From an uncultured Chloroflexia bacterium (GTDB lineage Bacteria > Chloroflexota > Limnocylindria > Limnocylindrales > CSP1-4), in the NCBI GenBank assembly GCA_963766735.1, contig CAVYBU010000007.1, positions 160,001-224,000 of the forward strand: DNA of 64,000 bases. Direction: 5' to 3'. The notes under the pieces were generated by a model. The model was not told where the DNA came from, ran no database searches, and saw only the letters and a program-made list of their open reading frames with translations. Below are positions 1 to 7,317 of this stretch, piece by piece. How positions within the stretch are numbered: the stretch's first letter is position 1; each line of letters opens with the position of its first letter. Position numbers and translations under genes: made by a program.

Positions 1-1161
1 GACCGACACGTTCCGGGTCAGCGTCACGGCCTTGCCCTCGGCGGAGGTCGCCATGACGACGATCTGCCAGTTCCCGGCCGAGAGGTCCAGCGGAGTCTCG
101 AAGGAGCCGTCCGCCACGACGTCCACGACCACGGGACCGACGTCGGGCTTCGCGATCGGTGTGGGGTCTCCGGAGGGACCGGGCGCTGGAGCCCCGGATG
201 GGGGAACTTCCGACGGCGGCGGCTCCGACGGCGGCTCCGACGGCGGTGCTGTGGACGTGGGTGCGGCCCCCGCAGGAGCCGTGAGGATCGCGGACACCGC
301 GACCGTCGTGGCGTTCGTCGTCACGCCCTTGACCGGAATGGCCCCGTTCTCGAACTGCGAGCCATCGGCGGGGGAGATCAGGATCAGCGTTGGCGCCTCG
401 ATCACGAGATACGGGACCGTGATGAACACGCGCGCGGCCGTCTCCGCGGTCTTGCCGGTCTCGGGGTCCACGGCGTTGATGTCGAACTGGTTTCGCCCAC
501 GGCGCAACTCGACGTCCGCGGTCCAGCGACCCGCGGTGTCCGCTGAGACGCGGTACGGCTGATCTCGACCGGCCGCGGCGATCGTGATCGTCGCTCCCGG
601 GATGGACGTGCCGCGGAGCGTATAGGCGGTCGAGTCCTCGGCGACGTCGATCACGAGCTGAGACGGGCTGGTGACCTCAAGCGTGGGAGGCTTCGCGAAG
701 CGCACGAGCTGGATGCCCATGTAGACCGCGAAGACGCCGATCAGGACCGTGAGCAGTGCGGCAACAACGATGACCGGCGAGAAGGTCAGGCCCTGCCTGG
801 GGGCGATGATGGGCTTCGGGACGGCCAGCACCGGCTCGGCCCCGATCGCCGCGTCGCCTCTCTCGCGCTTCCACTGCCGGAGGACATCCTCCGGGTCGAG
901 CGCCAGGTACAGCGCGTAGTTCCGCAGGAAACCCTTCGTGTAGACGGCGCCCGGGAGCTCCCGGTACTCGCCTTGTTCGAGTGCCTGCAGGTAGCGGGCA
1001 CGGATCTTGGTATCGCGCTCGGCCCGATAGAGATCAACGCCCTTGCGCTCGCGTGCGGCAACGAGCCGTTCGGGCAGGGACGGTCCGGACTCGGACGCGT
1101 ACGCGCGGTCGCCGTCGCGCGCATCCGCGCGACGGCGCCGTGCATCATCCCGCGTCGTCAT
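1..1161 (-). CDS. rodZ: RodZ-like helix-turn-helix membrane protein with extracellular Ig-like beta domains (runs off the window's left end)
   Basis: Not in the ORF track. Manual translation from ATG at 1161 (ATGA overlap with the ftsK stop) gives LPERLVAARERKGVDLYRAERDTKIRARYLQALEQGEYRELPGAVYTKGFLRNYALYL (HTH_25/RodZ signature), a TM helix, then beta-rich repeats and a Pro/Ser linker; lies downstream of ftsK as is usual. Confidence 0.85.
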   Translation of the reverse strand, partial: MTTRDDARRRRADARDGDRAYASESGPSLPERLVAARERKGVDLYRAERDTKIRARYLQALEQGEYRELPGAVYTKGFLRNYALYLALDPEDVLRQWKRERGDAAIGAEPVLAVPKPIIAPRQGLTFSPVIVVAALLTVLIGVFAVYMGIQLVRFAKPPTLEVTSPSQLVIDVAEDSTAYTLRGTSIPGATITIAAAGRDQPYRVSADTAGRWTADVELRRGRNQFDINAVDPETGKTAETAARVFITVPYLVIEAPTLILISPADGSQFENGAIPVKGVTTNATTVAVSAILTAPAGAAPTSTAPPSEPPSEPPPSEVPPSGAPAPGPSGDPTPIAKPDVGPVVVDVVADGSFETPLDLSAGNWQIVVMATSAEGKAVTLTRNVSV

Positions 1162-3566
1162 GCCTCGTCCTCGTCTCCGCCAGCGGCCAGACCGTCATCC
1201 CGACGGAGGACCGCCCGGGCATTCGAGCCGTCGAATGCCCCAACGTACCCGCGCGCCTCGAGCTGGTCGATGATCCTGGCTGCGCGCGCGTACCCGATCC
1301 GCAGTCGCCGCTGGAGCAGCGATGCGGAAGCACGATCGTACTCCCGGATGACCGAGACGGCATCCATGAGCAGCCGGTCCGCATCGTCTTCGGCCAGCTC
1401 CTCGACGTTGCCGCTCGACTCCTCGTCCGAGGTGATGATCGAGAGGTCGTAGCGCGGGTCGTCGATCTGGTCGCGCCAGTATTCCGTGACGCGCCCGATC
1501 TCGGGGTCCGAGACGAACACGCCCTGGAGCCGCATCGGCCGCGGCAGGTCGCTGGGCTGGTAGAGCATGTCGCCGCGGCCGATCAGGTCCTCCGCCCCGG
1601 GCGAATCGAGGATCGTGCGGCTGTCGATCTGGCTGGCCATCGCGAACGCGATCCGGCTGGGGAAGTTGGCCTTGATGAGCCCGGTGACAACGTTGACCGA
1701 CGGGCGCTGGGTGGCGAGGACCATGTGGATGCCGGTGGCGCGGGCCTTCTGGGCCAGGCGGACGATCGGGTCCTCCACGTTCTTGCCCTCGCGCATCATC
1801 AGGTCGGCGAGCTCGTCGATGATGATCACGATGTAGGGCAGCCGGTCCGCGGGGTCCTCCCGGGTCTCGTTGAAGGCCTTGATGTTGCGCGAGGTGGCGC
1901 CCGCGAACTTGCGGTACCGGTTCTCCATCTCGGCCACCGCCCACTTGAGCGCGGACTTGGCCCGCTCGGGCTCGGTGATGACCGGGACCAGCAGGTGCGG
2001 CAGGCCGTTGTAGCCCGCGAGCTCCACGCGCTTGAGGTCCATCAGGATCATCCGGGTGTCGTCCGGGGTGGCGTTGCACAGCAGGCTCGTGATGAGCGCG
2101 TTGACCATGACGCTCTTGCCCGAGCCCGTGGCCCCCGCGATCAGCAGGTGCGGCATCTTGGACAGGTCCACGGCCTGTGCCCGGCCGGCCACGTCCCGCC
2201 CCAGCGCGAAGGTCAGCGTCGAGCCCGACGCCGAGAAGTCCACCTCCTCCAGGATCCGCCGCAGCGCGACGATGTTGAACTCCTTGTTGGGGATCTCGAT
2301 CCCCACCGCGCTCTTGCCCGGGATCGGCGCCTCGATCCGGATGCTCCGCGCGGCGAGCGCCATCGACAGGTCGTCCTGGAGCGCCTCGATCCGGCTGAGC
2401 TTGATGTGCGGCGCCGGCTGGACCTCGTACTGGGTCACGACCGGGCCCGCGTTGCGGCCGATGATCCGCGCCTCGATGTCGAAGCTCGCCAGCTTCCGGA
2501 CGATGATCTCCTCGTTCCGGACGTGGACGGCGTCCGCGATGCCGGTGGTGGCAGCGGTGGGGACCTCTCCGGGATCGAGCAGCTCGTGGGGCGGCAGGCG
2601 CCACTCGATCGCTTCGCGGGTGGGCGGCGAGTCGGAGGCGTCGGTCACGTCATCGTGATCGCGATCCACCGGCAGCACCGTCGCAGCGCGAGCGGCACCC
2701 GCGACAGCCCCCGTGGCCCGCGCCGGCGCGAAGGTTGAGGACGTCGGCGCGGTGGATGGCGCCGCGCCCGGGATGCCGGGCTCGGGAGACTCCGAACCCC
2801 ACACGCCCGTCTGGCCGGGCGCCTCCACCGCCGGGATGCGCACGCCTCGACCACGGTGTCCACCCTCCGCGGGAGCGCTGGGCACCGCACTGGCCGCGGC
2901 CGCGGCCGCTCCAGCCGCCCCTGCCCTGGCCGGAGCGGGCGTGCCGGGCTTGGTGCTCCGATCCTGCAGCGTGGAGCCTGCCGCACGTGCCGCGCGCGTC
3001 GCGGGTGACAGGAGCGCCCGGAGGGGGCGGTCGAAGGCGATGAGGAGCCCGGCGAACAGCAGCACCATGAGGATCACGAACGCACCGGGGGTCGTCAGCA
3101 GCGGCTGCAGCGCGCCCACGAGGAACCGCCCGATACGGCCGCCCGTTGAGTTGTTGACCTCAACCAGCTGCATCAGCCCGAGCAGGCCGACGTAGGCCAT
3201 CCCGATGCCCAGCAGCGTCCGTCCCCAGGGCGCGCCGGGCTCTCGACCGGGACCCCACTCCACGTACCAGCCCGCGATCAGGAGCACCGCCGGCAGCAGC
3301 CACCGGCCCGTCCCGAAGAACGGGACGGACGTGTCGCGCCACCAGTCGGTGAGGCTGCCTTCGCCCGGCAGCAGCAGCGCGATCAGCGTGACCGCGCCGA
3401 GCCCGAGGAGGAAGATCCCCACCAGCGACCGCACGACGGCCGGCGACAGGCCGATCGAGACCCTCGGCAGCGGCAGGCCGGCGCCGCGCGTGCGGCTGCG
3501 CGACGCGGGGGACCGCGTCGTCCGACGGGTGGTGGGACGCGGCGCGCGCTGGCGCGGCTTCGCCAC
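1158..3566 (-). CDS. ftsK: DNA translocase FtsK/SpoIIIE
   Basis: N-terminal TM helices, PHLLIAGATGSGKS Walker A, IIIDELADLM Walker B, ATQRPS, gamma domain ASASLLQRRLRIGYARAARIIDQLE; start moved to GTG 3566, just after the rnj stop. Confidence 0.96.
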   Translation of the reverse strand: MAKPRQRAPRPTTRRTTRSPASRSRTRGAGLPLPRVSIGLSPAVVRSLVGIFLLGLGAVTLIALLLPGEGSLTDWWRDTSVPFFGTGRWLLPAVLLIAGWYVEWGPGREPGAPWGRTLLGIGMAYVGLLGLMQLVEVNNSTGGRIGRFLVGALQPLLTTPGAFVILMVLLFAGLLIAFDRPLRALLSPATRAARAAGSTLQDRSTKPGTPAPARAGAAGAAAAAASAVPSAPAEGGHRGRGVRIPAVEAPGQTGVWGSESPEPGIPGAAPSTAPTSSTFAPARATGAVAGAARAATVLPVDRDHDDVTDASDSPPTREAIEWRLPPHELLDPGEVPTAATTGIADAVHVRNEEIIVRKLASFDIEARIIGRNAGPVVTQYEVQPAPHIKLSRIEALQDDLSMALAARSIRIEAPIPGKSAVGIEIPNKEFNIVALRRILEEVDFSASGSTLTFALGRDVAGRAQAVDLSKMPHLLIAGATGSGKSVMVNALITSLLCNATPDDTRMILMDLKRVELAGYNGLPHLLVPVITEPERAKSALKWAVAEMENRYRKFAGATSRNIKAFNETREDPADRLPYIVIIIDELADLMMREGKNVEDPIVRLAQKARATGIHMVLATQRPSVNVVTGLIKANFPSRIAFAMASQIDSRTILDSPGAEDLIGRGDMLYQPSDLPRPMRLQGVFVSDPEIGRVTEYWRDQIDDPRYDLSIITSDEESSGNVEELAEDDADRLLMDAVSVIREYDRASASLLQRRLRIGYARAARIIDQLEARGYVGAFDGSNARAVLRRDDGLAAGGDEDEA

Positions 3567-3570
3567 TCCG

Positions 3571-5238
3571 CTAGACCTCGACCACGACCGGGAACACCAT
3601 CGGGCGGCGCTTGGTCTGCTCATACAGGAACCGGGACAGGCTGTCCTTGATCTGGGACTTGAGCAGTGCCACCTCGGAGATCCGGTCTCCCGGGGCGTCC
3701 ACGGCCGCACGAATGCGCCGGATCGCCTCCTCGATGATCGGATCCTCCTCGTTGCCGTGGACAAACCCGCGGGTGATGATCTCGGGCCGGCCCACGACGC
3801 GACCCGTCTGCTTGTCCACCTGGACGACGACCATGAACATGCCGTCGTTGGCGAGCGCGCGACGGTCGCGCAGGACGACGTCCCCGACCTCGCCAACCGA
3901 CAGGCCGTCCACGTACACGTAACCCGCGGTGACCGGCTGGCCGCGCCGGGCGCTGCCGTCCTCGAAGATCTCGATCGGCGTGCCGTTCTCGATGATGTAC
4001 ACGTTCTCGGGGTCGACGCCGGTCTCGATGGCCAGGCGGCCGTGCTGGACCAGCATCCGGAATTCGCCGTGCATCGGGATGAAGTGGGTCGGCTTAGTGA
4101 GCCCGAGCATCAGCTTGAGCTCCTCCTGGCTCGCATGGCCGGACACGTGGGCTCGCTTGATCGTGTGGTAGTAGACGTTGGCGCCGGCCTTGAACAGGTT
4201 GTCGATCGTGCGCGCGACGTACTCCTCGTTGCCGGGGATCGGGCTGGCCGACACGATCACGGTGTCGCCCGGCTGGATCTCGACGAAACGGTGGTCCCGG
4301 TTGGCCATGCGTGCGAGGCCGGCCATGGGCTCGCCCTGGGCGCCGGTCGTCGCGATCACCAGCTTCGACGGCGGCACGTCCTTGATCTTGTCCTTGGCCA
4401 CGACCATCGACGGCTCGTACTTGAGGTAGCCGAGGTCGGTCGCGATGCGGAAGTTCTGCTCCATCGACCGGCCGATCACCGTGGTCTTGCGGCCCAGGTC
4501 GGCGGCGGCGTCCAGGACCTGCTGGACGCGGGCGATGTTGCTTGCGAAGGTGGCGATGATCACCCGGCCGTCGAGCGGCTCCATGATCTCGCGGAACGCC
4601 TCGCCGACGATCCGCTCGGACGGCGTGTAGCCGGGGTTCTCCGCGCGGGTGGAGTCGGACAGCAGGCAGACGACGCCCTCCTCGCCCAGCCGGGCGAGGA
4701 TGTGGAAGTCGGACAGCCGCCCGTCCACGGGCGTGTGGTCGAACTTGAAGTCACCGGTGTGGACGACCGTGCCGACCGGGGTCCGGAGCGCGATCCCCAT
4801 CGCGTCCGGGATCGAGTGCCCGACCCGGAACGGGATCGCGGTGAACGGCCCCACCTCCAGCTCGTCGCCCGGCTCCATCGCGATCAGCGGGTTGTTGTGG
4901 AGCTTGTGCTCCTTGATCTTGTTGCCCAGGAGGCCTCTCGCCAGCTTGCTCGCGTAGACGGGCACGCCCGGGAACTCCGGCAGCACGTACGGCAGGCCGC
5001 CGACGTGATCCTCGTGGGCGTGGGTGATGAGGAACGCCCGGACCTTGGAGCGGTTCTCCTTGAGGTATGTGATGTCGGGGATGACGAGGTCGATGCCGAA
5101 CATCTCCTCGTCCGGGAACATCAGGCCGCAATCGATCACGACGATGTCGTCGCCGTACTCGAACAGGTACATGTTCTTGCCGATCTCCCCCACCCCGCCG
5201 AGCGGGATGATGCGGAGGGGCGTGTTGGAGTCTGCCAT
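3571..5238 (-). CDS. rnj: Ribonuclease J
   Basis: PLGGVGEIGKNM, THAHEDHVGG metallo-beta-lactamase motif, HTGDFKFD, HVSGHA, PMHGEFRM; 555 aa. Confidence 0.97.
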   Translation of the reverse strand: MADSNTPLRIIPLGGVGEIGKNMYLFEYGDDIVVIDCGLMFPDEEMFGIDLVIPDITYLKENRSKVRAFLITHAHEDHVGGLPYVLPEFPGVPVYASKLARGLLGNKIKEHKLHNNPLIAMEPGDELEVGPFTAIPFRVGHSIPDAMGIALRTPVGTVVHTGDFKFDHTPVDGRLSDFHILARLGEEGVVCLLSDSTRAENPGYTPSERIVGEAFREIMEPLDGRVIIATFASNIARVQQVLDAAADLGRKTTVIGRSMEQNFRIATDLGYLKYEPSMVVAKDKIKDVPPSKLVIATTGAQGEPMAGLARMANRDHRFVEIQPGDTVIVSASPIPGNEEYVARTIDNLFKAGANVYYHTIKRAHVSGHASQEELKLMLGLTKPTHFIPMHGEFRMLVQHGRLAIETGVDPENVYIIENGTPIEIFEDGSARRGQPVTAGYVYVDGLSVGEVGDVVLRDRRALANDGMFMVVVQVDKQTGRVVGRPEIITRGFVHGNEEDPIIEEAIRRIRAAVDAPGDRISEVALLKSQIKDSLSRFLYEQTKRRPMVFPVVVEV

Positions 5239-5264
5239 GGTGGTCTCGATCGTCCTCGAAGGGG

Positions 5265-6038
5265 TCAGAACAGGGTCAGCTGGGAGGCATCGTCTGGCGC
5301 GGAGTCAGCGGCGTCGATGGCCTGGACGGGGTCGGATGGCGAGTTTGCACGGTCCGACGCGGCAACGGGCGCCGGGTTTGCACCCGCGTCGGAAGCGGAT
5401 GCCGGCGTCGTGGTCACCGTTGGGTTGGCGGTCCCACCGGCGGTGCGACGCTCCCGGGCACCGACCAGGACAGACGGGACGCGGGCGATGTCCTCGAAGC
5501 TCTCGCGCTCGATGGACGCGGTCCGGAGCGCCGCCGCAGGATGGTACATCGCGAACACGAGCGCGTCGCGCGCGCCGGTCTCCGGGTCGGCAGGCTGGCT
5601 CGTGCCGTGGACCTGCCCGATCCGGGAACCGGGCATGAAGGTTCCCATCGAGTGGCGGCCGAGCGTGACGACCACGGCGGGGTCGAGCACGGCGAGCTGC
5701 CGGCGCAGGTACGGCGCACAGGCGGCGATCTCGTCGGGCTGCGGGTCCCGGTTGTCGGGCGGGCGGCACTTCACGATGTTCGTGATGAACACGTCCTCGC
5801 GCTGCCAACCGATGCTGCCCAGGAGCCGGATGAGCAGGCCGCCGGCGCGGCCCACGAACGGCCGCCCCTCACGATCCTCGTTCATGCCCGGACCCTCGCC
5901 GACGAAGACGACCTCCGTGTCAGGATCGCCCTCGCCCGGAACCGCTCGCGTCCGCGCCTCATGCAGCCGGCAGCGGGTACAGGCCCGGACCTCGTCTCCG
6001 ATCTGGTCGAGCGCCTCGAGGCGCTCGCGACGCGTCAC
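5265..6038 (-). CDS. udg: Uracil-DNA glycosylase family 4 (4Fe-4S) with a C-terminal low-complexity tail ending QLTLF
   Basis: CTRC, FVGEGPG, PFVGRAG, KCRPPDNRDP, YHPAAALR motifs. Confidence 0.93.
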   Translation of the reverse strand: MTRRERLEALDQIGDEVRACTRCRLHEARTRAVPGEGDPDTEVVFVGEGPGMNEDREGRPFVGRAGGLLIRLLGSIGWQREDVFITNIVKCRPPDNRDPQPDEIAACAPYLRRQLAVLDPAVVVTLGRHSMGTFMPGSRIGQVHGTSQPADPETGARDALVFAMYHPAAALRTASIERESFEDIARVPSVLVGARERRTAGGTANPTVTTTPASASDAGANPAPVAASDRANSPSDPVQAIDAADSAPDDASQLTLF

Positions 6039-7153
6039 CCGGAGCGTCCCCCGGACGCAGCCGCGGGTCGGCGGTTCCGCGCCCGGCGGACCCAGCCGCG
6101 CTCGACGAGGACCTCCGCGATCTCCACCGCGTTGGACGCAGCGCCCTTGCGCAGGTTGTCCGAGACCACCCAGAAGGCGAGGCCCCTGTTGTCCGGGACG
6201 GAGGGGTCCTGCCGCACCCGGCCGACGTACACCTCGTCAGAGCCCTCAGCCTCGGTCGCGAGTGGGTAGAGGTTGGCTGACGGGTCATCCTGGACGACCA
6301 CGCCCTTGATGGCCGCGAACAACTCGCGGGCTCGATCCGGCGTGATCGGGTCACGCGTCTCGACGTGGACCGCCTCCGAGTGGCTGACGAACACCGGCAC
6401 CCGCACGGCCGTGCAGGAGACGCGGAGCTCCGGCAGGTGCAGGATCTTGCGGCTCTCGGTGACGACCTTCCACTCCTCCTTCGTGTAGCCGTTGTCCAGG
6501 AACACGTCGATGTGCGGAAGGGCATTGAAGCCGATCAGGTGGGGGTAGACGGTCGCAGTCTTGGGGCGTCCCTCGGCGTGTGCCCGGACCTGCTCCTCGA
6601 GCTCCACGATCGCCTTCTGGCCGGTGCCGGCCACGGCCTGGTACGTGTCGACGACCATGCGCTCGATGCCCACCGCGTCCCGCAGCGCCATCAGCGGCGG
6701 CATCAGCTGCATGGTGGAGCAGTTCGGGTTGGCGATGATCCCCTCGTGCCACTCGAGGTCGTCCGGGTTCACCTGCGAGACGACCAGCGGAACGGCCGGG
6801 TCCATGCGCCACGCGCTGGAGTTGTCGATGACCGTCGTGCCCCGCTTCGCGGCCTCGGGCGCGAGCTCCTTCGAGGTGCCCCCACCGGCGCTGAACAGCG
6901 CGATATCGACGCCCTCGAACGCGTCGGGGGTGGCCAGCTCCACGGGGATCTCGCGACCGGCCACGGTCATCGTGGAGCCCGCGGATCGGGACGAGGCGAA
7001 GAGGCGGAGGTCGGTGTACGGAAGCCGCTTCTCGAGAAGGACCCGGATCATCGTCCGACCGACTGCGCCGGTCGCTCCAACGACGGCCACGGTGAGCGGT
7101 TCGGGTGAGGTTCCAGGCACGGTCCGACCTGCTAGCGGGTGATTGTCGGGCAC
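6035..7153 (-). CDS. asd: Aspartate-semialdehyde dehydrogenase
   Basis: VGATGAVG, IDNSSAWRM, IIANPNCST (catalytic Cys), YTKEEWK, DNLRKGAA. Confidence 0.97.
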   Translation of the reverse strand: MPDNHPLAGRTVPGTSPEPLTVAVVGATGAVGRTMIRVLLEKRLPYTDLRLFASSRSAGSTMTVAGREIPVELATPDAFEGVDIALFSAGGGTSKELAPEAAKRGTTVIDNSSAWRMDPAVPLVVSQVNPDDLEWHEGIIANPNCSTMQLMPPLMALRDAVGIERMVVDTYQAVAGTGQKAIVELEEQVRAHAEGRPKTATVYPHLIGFNALPHIDVFLDNGYTKEEWKVVTESRKILHLPELRVSCTAVRVPVFVSHSEAVHVETRDPITPDRARELFAAIKGVVVQDDPSANLYPLATEAEGSDEVYVGRVRQDPSVPDNRGLAFWVVSDNLRKGAASNAVEIAEVLVERGWVRRARNRRPAAASGGRSG

Positions 7154-7159
7154 CGGCGG

Positions 7160-7168
7160 AGTATATCA
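7160..7168 (-). promoter_or_regulatory. Extended -10 promoter (TGaTATACT) 6 nt upstream of the asd GTG, probable leaderless transcript
   Basis: Minus strand reads TGA TATACT CCGCCG GTG; no Shine-Dalgarno sequence. Confidence 0.6.
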
Positions 7169-7254
7169 GCGGGCCCCGGGCCAGCCGCCCTCGCCGGTAT
7201 CGAACGGCAGCGCCCACGCAGGGTCCGGGCGGCGGCGCCCAGACGAGATCCGAA

Positions 7255-7293
7255 CGCAGAAGCGCCCCCGTGGCCGGAGCCTCGGGGGCGCTT
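7255..7293 (-). terminator. Probable intrinsic terminator after pnp
   Basis: Inverted repeat aagcgcccccg (7260-7270) / cgggggcgctt (7283-7293), ending in a weak U-rich run (UUCUGCGUUC) on the minus strand. Confidence 0.55.
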
Positions 7294-7317
7294 GCTGAGC
7301 GCTTGTTGCTGCGACGA

